The translations under genes and the position numbers were made by a program. This document shows, one piece after another, positions 13,140 through 22,722 of a stretch of DNA of 33,848 nucleotides. The DNA comes from a virus (taxonomy: Duplodnaviria; Caudoviricetes). Under the pieces are notes generated by a model. The model did no database searches. It had not been told where the DNA came from and saw only the letters and a list, made by a program, of their open reading frames with translations. Location of the stretch: IMG/VR virus record IMGVR_UViG_3300014208_000095, positions 1-33,848 of that record; one strand, given 5' to 3'. Position 1 is the stretch's first letter. Each line of letters starts with the position of its first letter.

Positions 13140-15443
13140 TTAAGCGTATGTAAATCCTGTCATTTTAGAAACAGGTATTTTATGAGTAGTTACCTTCTCG
13201 TCTCCATTCCAATTTGAGTCTTTTACAGTTGCGACTCCATTATTTACTGATAGAATAATCCCCACATGCCCATATTCAGATGTATCTCCGTTCGTCGGCA
13301 TAACAAATACCATGCCTGGCTGTGGTTGTTTGATACTTTTGTCAACTAAAGCCAACTTTGACTTATAACTGTCCTGCACTCCCAATCCTGTAAGTTTATT
13401 TACGAAATGTCCACATTGACCTCCTGTAGTTCCATCTTTTATAGATGAAACTTTCTTTACTGTGGCTGTATTCGTGTCGCCACCAACTTGGCTAAAACTT
13501 ATTCCTAGAATTTGAGCCATTTCTTCATCAGTTTTTCCGCTTTGAGTCATTTGGTCGATATACTTTTGTTTATCAGGATTTTTAGTGTAATAATCATCCA
13601 CAGCATCTTGTACAGTTTTTTTAGATTCAATTTTATATTGTGTTAAATAATCTGCTCCGTCAGTTTGCCCTGTTTGTTTGTCGATTCTTCTACCATATTC
13701 GTTGTAAACATTGTCATACTGCTGAGAAATTGTATCTACTTTTGGCTGGAGTGCGTTAAGCATCTTCTGTTTTGCGTCTGGAGTCAAAAAATTTGTATTA
13801 CTAAAAATTCTTTTAGCTTTAAAACCAAAATTATCTGCCCATGTTTGAGCATACTTTTGAATAGTGTTATATTCTCCCTCTCTAACTACAGAATTTGGGT
13901 CCATTATTTTTGCAAAAGCATAGATAAAAGCAATATCATCAGCAGGACTATTAGTATTAACACCAATATTACTAATAGTTTGAAAACCTTCTTGTACTGT
14001 ATTATAATTTTTTACGATAGGTTCGTTATCAAAAGAGTTTGCAATTGTACCTACACGAGTTAAGATTTTACTGTCTAAACCATTAGAACTTCCTAAATAT
14101 TCAGCGTACGTCTTTCCAGTTCCACTTTCTCCACCCGCAAGTTGCCATTCTCTGTAACTTGAAGGAACAGAAGCATCTGCTTGTTGTTTAGATTTCACAA
14201 AATCTTGCCAAGTACCAGCAAAACCTAAATTTTCTTGGGCATATTGATACTCCTGGAACAACTGAGGGATTAAATCCTGTTGAGTTTTAATTAAATTAAG
14301 TTCTCGTTGTCTATCTTCACCACTAAGTTTAGAAAGTTCATAGGCTTTCGTGCGTGCAGAACTTTGAAGATTAGCCAAAGGAATGCCACTCTGTTCAGAA
14401 AAGTTCATAAGAGTCTGATCATCAGGAATGGTTACTTCACCAGTCGTAGGGTCAATAGTAAGAAGACTTGAAGCGTAGGTATCAGCATTAGTTTGTACGA
14501 CTTCCTGTTGCATTTTTTGAATTTGCATCTGTTTATACAAATTATCAAGTTCTTTGGAAGATTGTTCACTCAATTTTTTCGTATAATCAGCTATCGCTTT
14601 ATTATAATTCGTCAATTCAGTCGCTTTCTGCTCTCGTGTATCTTTCAATAGATTAACTTGATTATTAAATTCTTCCCATTTGCCTGTTTTAAATGCAGTT
14701 CGAGCAGCAGAAATAGTCGCACTTTCTTGACGAGTAATTTCGTTCAATCTTTCAGAACCTTGACGAAGCTCTTCTCCCTCTATTCCCATTTGTATGCCAC
14801 CAGCGTACTGAGTTGCCCCTGTCCTGTACCCTAACGTCTCATACGCTCTTTGCCTTTGAGAATTAGTCTTCTCCATTTCTCTGCGAAGTTTGTCAAAATC
14901 AGCTTTAATTTGATTAGTTTGAGATTGAAATTCAGGGTCTTGGTCTACGTTCCAACTTTGTATATCATTTTTTAGGTCTTCAATTTCCTTTACCGAAGCA
15001 TCGTATTCTGATTTTAAACCAGACATCTTATCAGTACTTGAAATATTTACTCCTGCGTCTTTTTTAGCCAAAGCCAACCCTAAATCTTTAATCTGTTGTT
15101 GAATCGTAGGATCATTGAGTTCATCTTGGCTGTACTCAAATTCCTGTCCTGCTTGATTAGTGTAATATGCCTTTCCTTGAGCTGTAGGTTGTTGTGCAGG
15201 CTGTTGAGGTGTTTGTGTGGGCGGTAAAGTAGGATACGTCTGATTAAGATAATCGTTCTGTTTATTTACTTGGTTAATAGCAGAACTAGAATCAATCATT
15301 CCGACTTCAGTTTTAATTGATTCTTTAGGATTATCATAAGACCACCCCTGTGCTGAAGCTATTTTCCCCATTGGGTCATTTTCAAGATATCCTTCAGGAA
15401 CTTCGGTAGTATCGTTAGTTGTCTTGTTATAAACTTTCAGCAT
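13140..15443 (-). CDS. Putative ejection protein with C-terminal CHAP peptidoglycan hydrolase domain, 767 aa
   Basis: Gln-rich coiled coils; GGQCGHFVN...PGMVFV...YGHVGII...VKDSNW gives the CHAP Cys/His motifs. Confidence 0.8.
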   Translation of the reverse strand: MLKVYNKTTNDTTEVPEGYLENDPMGKIASAQGWSYDNPKESIKTEVGMIDSSSAINQVNKQNDYLNQTYPTLPPTQTPQQPAQQPTAQGKAYYTNQAGQEFEYSQDELNDPTIQQQIKDLGLALAKKDAGVNISSTDKMSGLKSEYDASVKEIEDLKNDIQSWNVDQDPEFQSQTNQIKADFDKLRREMEKTNSQRQRAYETLGYRTGATQYAGGIQMGIEGEELRQGSERLNEITRQESATISAARTAFKTGKWEEFNNQVNLLKDTREQKATELTNYNKAIADYTKKLSEQSSKELDNLYKQMQIQKMQQEVVQTNADTYASSLLTIDPTTGEVTIPDDQTLMNFSEQSGIPLANLQSSARTKAYELSKLSGEDRQRELNLIKTQQDLIPQLFQEYQYAQENLGFAGTWQDFVKSKQQADASVPSSYREWQLAGGESGTGKTYAEYLGSSNGLDSKILTRVGTIANSFDNEPIVKNYNTVQEGFQTISNIGVNTNSPADDIAFIYAFAKIMDPNSVVREGEYNTIQKYAQTWADNFGFKAKRIFSNTNFLTPDAKQKMLNALQPKVDTISQQYDNVYNEYGRRIDKQTGQTDGADYLTQYKIESKKTVQDAVDDYYTKNPDKQKYIDQMTQSGKTDEEMAQILGISFSQVGGDTNTATVKKVSSIKDGTTGGQCGHFVNKLTGLGVQDSYKSKLALVDKSIKQPQPGMVFVMPTNGDTSEYGHVGIILSVNNGVATVKDSNWNGDEKVTTHKIPVSKMTGFTYA

Positions 15444-15464
15444 ATATATTAGTTAATTCTATTT

Positions 15465-15486
15465 TCCTCCCCAGGAATGAGGAGGA
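15465..15486. terminator. Intergenic hairpin
   Basis: TCCTCC-CCAGGAATGA-GGAGGA between the 502-aa and 767-aa genes. Confidence 0.4.
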
Positions 15487-15493
15487 TGAAGAA

Positions 15494-17002
15494 CTATCTA
15501 TAACACACAAGACCAAAGGAAAACACATAGCCAGTGCCATCACTATTTCTCGTATTCGTGTTAGCAACAACTACCGTACTTCCTGTTACTGAAGCAATAC
15601 TCAACGTAGATACTGAATAATTCCCTGTTGCGCCACCTACGGTTGGACCCGAAGCACCAAATCCGCCTAAAGAGCCAAAACCAGTCGCACTGGTAAGTTG
15701 ATTAGCCACAAAATACTGCACATGTCTAATTGATGTCCCGCTATAATACGCTTGTCCTATAGACGTATACGCTGAACCGTTGCTTGAACCATCTATATCA
15801 AAGTTAAGCTGTAACATTGTAGGAGCAAACCCACAATCAAATGTACTGTTCCACACTCCTGCGGTTGAGGTTGTATACGAAACTGCTGCTGTAGATGAGG
15901 CTATAGTCGGTATAAAACCAACCGAGATAGTACTTGAAACCCCTGCAATAGGCATATTTGCAGCCGTAGCAGTGGTACTAGCATTTAACCAGGTATTAGG
16001 AAGTGTCCCACTGGCATTTGAGATAGGTATTTTATTCGCAGTAGGAGTTGAAGTGGCATTCACAGGATTTTGTACCACAAGAGAACTACTATCGAGCGTT
16101 GCAACAGAATTTGCTGATCCTCCGAAAGACGAATCAATCTTCCCTGTAGAACCGAGTGATGGTAAGCCATACGTTCCTGGAGACGTAGAAGAAACAAGGG
16201 AATTTGGGATAATTAGTCTCGCTCCTGTCGCTCCTAAAGAAGTTCCTGCTGCTGTTTCAGCACCTATAGCTAGTTCCCCAACCCCTTTAGCTGTCTCAGA
16301 AGCGTTTATGCCTCCTGTGGTAGTAGCTTGTTGGAATTGGTATAGAGAAACAACCTGTCTATCATCAGTTGGCGTTGAAGTAGGGACATAAGGAAGATAT
16401 GTATTAAAATTCCACTGACCAGTAATTGTTTCAGTATTTCCTTTTGCTGGATATTCATTAAATAGTTGTGGAGCATCAGAAAAAATTAGAGAAGTTCCAC
16501 CAGCATGAGCAAATTGATAAGAAGAAGAAGTAGTATAAGGACTAAACGGAAGCAGACCACGAGAACATCCTGACAGGGTTGCTGTATTATTTGCATTCTG
16601 AGTTACTGTGGTACACGAAGCTATTTCCTGTCGTTTAGTATTCCCTGGCTCGACCGTTACATAAAAAGTAGATGAAAAATCACTATCTTGTAATTCGTAT
16701 CCTGTCTGCGGGATTGTAAGAGAAGTTAACGTGATTGAAGAAGCTGAAGCTGTTATACCCGAACCAGCCAAAGTATAGGTTTGTCCTGCAACTGGCAATG
16801 TGCCACCCAGTTCTTCATTTTCTTCATTAACAACAAGTCCTACGGGTAATTTCCGTGGATCAGAAATGCCATATTTGGCTAATTCAGTTTGCCAATTAGC
16901 CCCCCACAACCCATAGGGTGTATCTCCTTTTATAACAGTGTAAGCATGTATAGGAGAAACCAGGAGCAAAGTTAATAGAAGGCTGACAATGTATTTCTTC
17001 AT
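15494..17002 (-). CDS. Virion/tail protein with signal peptide and LysM-like domain, 502 aa
   Basis: MKKYIVSLLLTLLLVSPIHA, then YTVIKGDT...ISDPRKLPVGLVV (LysM-like); 'L.GC.RGL...H.GG' and 'ASETAKGVGELA' tail-fibre-type motifs. Confidence 0.7.
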   Translation of the reverse strand: MKKYIVSLLLTLLLVSPIHAYTVIKGDTPYGLWGANWQTELAKYGISDPRKLPVGLVVNEENEELGGTLPVAGQTYTLAGSGITASASSITLTSLTIPQTGYELQDSDFSSTFYVTVEPGNTKRQEIASCTTVTQNANNTATLSGCSRGLLPFSPYTTSSSYQFAHAGGTSLIFSDAPQLFNEYPAKGNTETITGQWNFNTYLPYVPTSTPTDDRQVVSLYQFQQATTTGGINASETAKGVGELAIGAETAAGTSLGATGARLIIPNSLVSSTSPGTYGLPSLGSTGKIDSSFGGSANSVATLDSSSLVVQNPVNATSTPTANKIPISNASGTLPNTWLNASTTATAANMPIAGVSSTISVGFIPTIASSTAAVSYTTSTAGVWNSTFDCGFAPTMLQLNFDIDGSSNGSAYTSIGQAYYSGTSIRHVQYFVANQLTSATGFGSLGGFGASGPTVGGATGNYSVSTLSIASVTGSTVVVANTNTRNSDGTGYVFSFGLVCYR

Positions 17003-18879
17003 AGTTTAATATTTATAGGTTTTATTCTACTTAATTTTGCGTTAGAACCATGAGTCAAAATTGCCCAGTATTTATCAATATCGTTCGTATAAAATTCAGT
17101 TTGTAGTTCAAAGAAATCCTCAGGAGCAATTTCAAATACACATCTAAACTTTCGTGCGTCAGTTGGTGGATTCAGTAACCCCCCAAGAGGATTAACTGCC
17201 AAAGATTGTTGAGCCAATGAATTAAATCCAATTTTTCCTTCCAGTACATCTTCGTTTGAACCATCAATTATTTTAGTCAATGATTGCGTTACTCCATCAA
17301 AGTCATAACGAAGTCTCAATTCCAATTCCTTTGTCGCTGGAGTTATTTCTCCTTCTACATAATATTCATCAAACCGCTTTAAAACACCTTTTTGCTTGTA
17401 ATTGTTATATGCAAAAATAGCTCGACATTCTATAGGCAATTTATCTGCCACATCCATTCCGTCATAAACTCCATCAGACGAACCATCAAACAAAAGATAT
17501 GTTTCAGGAACTCCATTAGAATGTCCATATAATTGTTCAACTCCGTCTATTTCAATGAGAGTCATTGCACCAACTGGTAATACTTGTGGAGGATTCCAAA
17601 AACGAAATAGTTTTCCATCAGCATCTTCTACAAAGTTAAGCATGTACAAATGTGAAGCATCAGGTGTCGAGTAATAAAGCGTGTTCTTGTACCACATACC
17701 GAACGCTTTGTCCCAGTCCTCGGCATCAAAATCTGGTTTAATAGGGTTAGAAAGTGTTTTTGGGTTAATACCGACAAGATTATCAGGGTTTTCTATCATT
17801 CGTAGAGCTACTTCGTTTGTAAGATAAAATATTGTATTCCCCACAGGCACGATTGACTCTTGATTCAAAAATCCTTGGTTAACTCCGACATCTAAACGCT
17901 TGATCTTGGCGCTCTCTGCTAAAGTTGTCCCTACTGCAATTTGTTCAAATACCACTTTAAAAATAACTGATTTTCCAGCACCTAATAAAAGGGTCGAACC
18001 AAGAGAGGTAATTCCTCTGCAAGGATTATCCAGTGTGAGAGTAAACCCTTCACCTGCTACACGAGGAGTAGACGGTATCCAGTCAGTTAAATCAGTATTT
18101 TGACAAGCTAGGATTAAGTTATCATCTTCAGAACCAATAATTATTTGATTTTCAAAATTATAAATAAAATGATTTGTCCGAGATGCTGCTGGTAAATTAG
18201 TACGAGTTTTAATCTTTTGAATAAGTATATCTCCATCTACCATAGCATCGGCAGTTGGATCGCCTGTAACACCTGTTAAAGTAGTTGTACCTTCTCCAGC
18301 AGTATATGTAAATTCAGTCCCTGTTCTTACATTTATTAGGACCTTATCTCGTGATGTATAGAAACGATTAGCAGCGAAGGTCGATGTTCCTTTTTTAGTT
18401 ATAGTGTTAGCAGTTACTGAATCAACTACTGCTACTCCCCCAGTCCATTCATAAATATTTGCATCAGCAATTACCATTAAACATAGATCAATCTTCTCAG
18501 TGGAATCATACCATCCCCCATTACCACCTTTTTGAATAATTGAACGTAACAATTCAGTTGTGGACCAACCATTAGCTACTCTTGTCCAAGCGTCTATTGT
18601 ATAGCCATCAATATCTTCTAAATAAACCTCTAACTCATCATCATTAAAACGCATTGGTCTTTTATGTCCAGTAGAAGTAGCCCAAGTCCAAGCATTACGA
18701 TTACCTGCTAAAGCAGTGTTAGCTGCACCTAAACGAGTATAACCAGAACGACTCTTAACTTTTTTCTGATAGTCGATAAGAACATTTTTAGAGCCACCAA
18801 CAAGTAAACGAAAATCAGAGTTAGATTCATCCTTACTCGTACTATACCCCAATGTTTCTTCTGCAAGATTAAACTTCAT
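16999..18879 (-). CDS. Putative tail nozzle/stabilisation protein (P22 gp10/T7 gp12-like position), 626 aa
   Basis: Beta-rich, with typical size and synteny. Confidence 0.6.
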   Translation of the reverse strand: MKFNLAEETLGYSTSKDESNSDFRLLVGGSKNVLIDYQKKVKSRSGYTRLGAANTALAGNRNAWTWATSTGHKRPMRFNDDELEVYLEDIDGYTIDAWTRVANGWSTTELLRSIIQKGGNGGWYDSTEKIDLCLMVIADANIYEWTGGVAVVDSVTANTITKKGTSTFAANRFYTSRDKVLINVRTGTEFTYTAGEGTTTLTGVTGDPTADAMVDGDILIQKIKTRTNLPAASRTNHFIYNFENQIIIGSEDDNLILACQNTDLTDWIPSTPRVAGEGFTLTLDNPCRGITSLGSTLLLGAGKSVIFKVVFEQIAVGTTLAESAKIKRLDVGVNQGFLNQESIVPVGNTIFYLTNEVALRMIENPDNLVGINPKTLSNPIKPDFDAEDWDKAFGMWYKNTLYYSTPDASHLYMLNFVEDADGKLFRFWNPPQVLPVGAMTLIEIDGVEQLYGHSNGVPETYLLFDGSSDGVYDGMDVADKLPIECRAIFAYNNYKQKGVLKRFDEYYVEGEITPATKELELRLRYDFDGVTQSLTKIIDGSNEDVLEGKIGFNSLAQQSLAVNPLGGLLNPPTDARKFRCVFEIAPEDFFELQTEFYTNDIDKYWAILTHGSNAKLSRIKPINIKL

Positions 18880-18880
18880 A

Positions 18881-20068
18881 TTACCAATGACGTTTAGTAA
18901 TTGATGATCCGTAATAACTCAATGCCTTTTTAGCCATTGATGGATATTCTTTAACATATTTCCCGTATAAACCAATCCCTTCTACAGGATCTCCTAGTTT
19001 ATTTTCAGCCCAAGTAATATCAAACCCTGAATCCGCACCTTCTATTTGATGAGCACAGATAATTAACGTCTCTAATTCGTATAATTGAATCGCATCATTA
19101 TCCAAAACAATAGTGTCATCATCAGAAGTCGTTTTAGTAATCCATGTCCCTGCCGTATTTTTTATTAAGAATTTCGAATAATACTTCATATCGAAGTTGC
19201 GACCAATTGAGCAGGTAATATTATCAATTTGGATATTATTGATAGCTGCAGTAATCGCAAAAGTAACTTTCAAAGAATCAATCGTTGCAGGAGCAACCGT
19301 TCCTGTTTCAGTAGCTGTCTGCCATGGTACTTTAATCTCGTTCCAACCAACTTTAAAAGCTGTTCCATCAGCTTGAGTAGTTTGTGCAACTCCAGTCCAA
19401 AAAGCAGTTGTTAAATCATTTCCCCAAACCAGTGTAACTGAAGTAAGTTTCGCCAAATCAGCAGAATTTTGAATTTTAAACCGTAAATGAAAATCTCCCA
19501 CTTCATCTTCGTCAATCAGGTCAATAGAGGTCATTGAGGTGTTTTGAATACCATCGCCCGTCACCGCCAAATCCACTCGTAACGAACCAGACCCAGACAC
19601 ATAATCAATACTGTCAGCTACTAAACCAGAAGCGGTTCCTACAATTGCCCAAGTACCATTCGCTGTTAGAGTATTGAGTTCATTAAGTGTCTTAGGTGTT
19701 CTCGAACGCCAATTGATACGAATAATTTTTGTACCTTCAGAACCTTCAATTGAAACAGTCTTATTAACTAAAGCTTTCCGCAAATCAAACCTTTCCGCTA
19801 AATTACGGTTAGCCGAATCCAACAGTTCACGTCTGTTTTGAGGGATTAAATCAATAATCTTCTTATAATCACTTGGCAAAGAGTAATTATAAACATCATC
19901 ATGAATTGAATTAGACAAAGCCACTGTACGCATCGTGTCGATTGGGTCAATCTTAGACAATAACGTATTAGCTGCACGTTCCATTGCACCTTCAAAATTT
20001 CTCACTTTATTAAGTGAGCCACCATGAAGCATCGCTGAAATGTGGTCTCGAAAATCAGAGACTAACAT
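18881..20068 (-). CDS. Putative head-tail adaptor with inserted beta-sandwich domain, 395 aa
   Basis: Helical N-terminus with YNYSLPSDY adaptor-like motif; directly upstream of the nozzle-like gene. Confidence 0.55.
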   Translation of the reverse strand: MLVSDFRDHISAMLHGGSLNKVRNFEGAMERAANTLLSKIDPIDTMRTVALSNSIHDDVYNYSLPSDYKKIIDLIPQNRRELLDSANRNLAERFDLRKALVNKTVSIEGSEGTKIIRINWRSRTPKTLNELNTLTANGTWAIVGTASGLVADSIDYVSGSGSLRVDLAVTGDGIQNTSMTSIDLIDEDEVGDFHLRFKIQNSADLAKLTSVTLVWGNDLTTAFWTGVAQTTQADGTAFKVGWNEIKVPWQTATETGTVAPATIDSLKVTFAITAAINNIQIDNITCSIGRNFDMKYYSKFLIKNTAGTWITKTTSDDDTIVLDNDAIQLYELETLIICAHQIEGADSGFDITWAENKLGDPVEGIGLYGKYVKEYPSMAKKALSYYGSSITKRHW

Positions 20069-20070
20069 AT

Positions 20071-20568
20071 TTATTGGTTATTAGCTGGTAACATGGTTAC
20101 TGTGGTTGTGCCTGCGGTCCAAGGGGTAAGCATAGCAGTACACCATCTGAAGTTATCTCCTGTGATATAAAACTGTCTGACATCAGTTGTGCCTGCTAAA
20201 ACGATTCCCGTATCTCCATCAACTGATGTGTTATTCTGGAAATCTGTAAAATCTACATAATCCCAACGATTTGTAGCTGATTGAGTAGAAGTAAATGTTG
20301 GCGCTGTGTCTTGCATTGAACAGGCAAATTTTAATGTTCCGCTTGCAGCAGTAGAAGCAACCGTAACTCCTATATGCGAAAAATCTGTCACATTAGATAC
20401 AACGATATTAGAAGCAGTCGTTGTCGCTGCTAATTCATTTAACCAAGTACGTTCTTGGTAATTTAGTCGTCCCGCTCCTAATTCATTAACACCATAGCCT
20501 CCCGCTAAGGTTACTAAAATTCCTGCAACCCACAATAGAATTTTCTTTGTGCTAAAATTTTTCTCCAT
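20071..20568 (-). CDS. Virion-cluster protein with N-terminal TM/signal, 165 aa
   Basis: KKILLWVAGILVTLAGGYG followed by NELGA and a beta-sandwich-like body. Confidence 0.7.
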   Translation of the reverse strand: MEKNFSTKKILLWVAGILVTLAGGYGVNELGAGRLNYQERTWLNELAATTTASNIVVSNVTDFSHIGVTVASTAASGTLKFACSMQDTAPTFTSTQSATNRWDYVDFTDFQNNTSVDGDTGIVLAGTTDVRQFYITGDNFRWCTAMLTPWTAGTTTVTMLPANNQ

Positions 20569-20626
20569 ACTAACTATTTAAGATTAAAGACTTATCTCTG
20601 TGGAAATAAATCCACAGAGTAAAACT

Positions 20627-21172
20627 TTAAATACAAGTTGTTGAAGTAGCCGCTGACAAAGTAGTCGTAGAACCACTGTATGAAAGAACAGTAAATTCTG
20701 AACCATTCCACAAACAGAATTTTGATACTTTTGTACTTGCTGAACTTCCAACTGCTAAAGTTGATGTATTAGCACCATTAGTAACCCATAGGTCGTAACT
20801 CATTGTTGATGTACCCACAGATAGATTAGCCAATCCGTATACATTTCCAGTTGCATTAAGTGTCGAACTAAATGCCCCTGTTGTACCGTTGACTGCTCCG
20901 ACAAAAATTCCTGAGCCATCGATAACTTCCGATCCATCAACGTAATATCCATCTGCTGTATCCCAATAACCATGAGGGATACGATTAGCTGTTGCACCAA
21001 GCGTTTCTCCTGTCTCTTGACTACCTGAAACATTGAACACACAATTTGAACAAGTTTCGATACCTACAGGAAAATTCCCACTCAAGGCATAAACAGCACC
21101 GCCAACGGAAACGAGACCTAATAGACCAATAACTAACCAGAGTGCTAAGGATTTTATTTTTTGTTTGTCCAT
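20627..21172 (-). CDS. Virion-cluster protein with N-terminal TM/signal, 181 aa
   Basis: Start MDKQKIKSLALWLVIGLLGLVSVGGAVYA at 21172 avoids overlap with the capsid gene; ETLGA motif; S/T-rich. Confidence 0.7.
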   Translation of the reverse strand: MDKQKIKSLALWLVIGLLGLVSVGGAVYALSGNFPVGIETCSNCVFNVSGSQETGETLGATANRIPHGYWDTADGYYVDGSEVIDGSGIFVGAVNGTTGAFSSTLNATGNVYGLANLSVGTSTMSYDLWVTNGANTSTLAVGSSASTKVSKFCLWNGSEFTVLSYSGSTTTLSAATSTTCI

Positions 21173-21195
21173 ATCCTTATATAAGGTTAGTTTAA

Positions 21196-22158
21196 TTAAG
21201 TAGAACCATTCGAACCTGCATATCCAGTCCATGTTCCAGGGAAACAAACTTCGTGAAACTTTGCTACATAAGCATAGCTATCATTGTTTGTTTCATGTGG
21301 TGTCTTCATGTCAGTATTAAGTCCGTAGAAAACTTTTCTAAGAACTTGATGATCACGAGACATAATGTGATAAGATGTATTAGCATTAGTCACATTGTTG
21401 TATGAAGAACCCAAGAAAATTGAAGCTCCGATACGTACCTGACCATAATCTGTATCAAATACATTGAGATTGTTCTCTGCACTATTTGCAAGCAACGAAG
21501 AACTCATGATTTCTTTTGCGGTCTTGTAGAGCAAAAAGTTTGATAAGAACCCTTCAAACAAATGAGATCCTGCATCACCATCTTGACCTTTTTGGTTAGC
21601 CAAAGAGTTGACCAAAGTCCACAGATTATCAGGAGTCAAAGAACCTGTCTCAAGATTATCTACTGTTGCTCCTTTAAGACTAACATGGCTACTTGAAGCC
21701 AAAGGTTGTCCATCTGGTGTCGTGAAAACTGAACCTGCAAAAGCATCTCCATAAGTATTAGTCATTGCTTTTTTGTCTTGTGTCTGACGAGCATGACGAC
21801 CAATATCTGTTCCAATTCTTTCACGTTTTCCAACCATATCAGCTCTGAAAGCCTCATCTGAAACTGGTACTTGTTTGTAATATTTCTGAGAATTTCGAGT
21901 TACCTGATTTCCAATGAAAGAATCGGTATTCAAAAATTCTTCTTGTTCTCCTACTTCATCGAAGTCGCCAACACCAACATCTTCATCATGAATAAATGAA
22001 ACGCCTACTGTTGGTCCTTGTTTGAAATAGAAACTATCCTCTGCACGAACATCTCCAGGCTGCCTTTCACGAGTAAATTCTTCGTAAAGTACAGCATCAA
22101 TGCCAGTGCGTACTGCATCTGGTGAAAGTTCACCAGAATGTCCACCTGTTAAATTCAT
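21196..22158 (-). CDS. Major capsid protein (HK97 fold, Mu gpT-like), 320 aa
   Basis: PDGQPLASSSH motif and terminal WTGYAGSNG resemble Mu-gpT-type capsids; size and position fit. Confidence 0.8.
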   Translation of the reverse strand: MNLTGGHSGELSPDAVRTGIDAVLYEEFTRERQPGDVRAEDSFYFKQGPTVGVSFIHDEDVGVGDFDEVGEQEEFLNTDSFIGNQVTRNSQKYYKQVPVSDEAFRADMVGKRERIGTDIGRHARQTQDKKAMTNTYGDAFAGSVFTTPDGQPLASSSHVSLKGATVDNLETGSLTPDNLWTLVNSLANQKGQDGDAGSHLFEGFLSNFLLYKTAKEIMSSSLLANSAENNLNVFDTDYGQVRIGASIFLGSSYNNVTNANTSYHIMSRDHQVLRKVFYGLNTDMKTPHETNNDSYAYVAKFHEVCFPGTWTGYAGSNGST

Positions 22159-22169
22159 ATAATTTTAGA

Positions 22170-22709
22170 TTAAGCTGATACATCTTGTGCCATTCTATAA
22201 ACAGTTGCGTAAACTTCTACATCAAGTGTGCCTTTATAAATGTCTCCATCTATAATGGCTAACCCACCCGTGTCTGCTGGAGTATCTGAAGCGGTTTTGA
22301 TTGTATATAATTCTCCGCCATCAGTCGCACCAGTTGCATTGTAATCGAAGGTTACTGTGTCGTTTATAAAACCTAGTAATTCTGCCGCAGTATCGATATT
22401 GGCTGCAGTCTCTACCTTTCCTCTGATTAACCCAGAATGGGCTACAGGACACGCACATTGCACCTTTTGTGCAACGAGTGTTCCTGATTCAAATGGATTC
22501 GCACCCTTCAATGCAACACCACCAAACAAATGAGTCCCTAAAATAGGAAAATCTTCAGCTGCTAATACAAATGTATTATCTGAAGCTACACCTGTTGTGT
22601 ATGTTCCTTTAGAATAGAGAGGTTCACCCGCTTCGAATCGTGTTGCTGAAGCAGCCACTCGCCTGTTGCGAGTAAACTGTACTCCATGTACACTCAGATC
22701 ATTTCTCAT
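22170..22709 (-). CDS. Putative capsid cement/decoration protein B, 179 aa
   Basis: Lies between scaffold and capsid; full-length paralogue of the upstream gene. Confidence 0.6.
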   Translation of the reverse strand: MRNDLSVHGVQFTRNRRVAASATRFEAGEPLYSKGTYTTGVASDNTFVLAAEDFPILGTHLFGGVALKGANPFESGTLVAQKVQCACPVAHSGLIRGKVETAANIDTAAELLGFINDTVTFDYNATGATDGGELYTIKTASDTPADTGGLAIIDGDIYKGTLDVEVYATVYRMAQDVSA

Positions 22710-22722
22710 ATAATAAAGGTTA

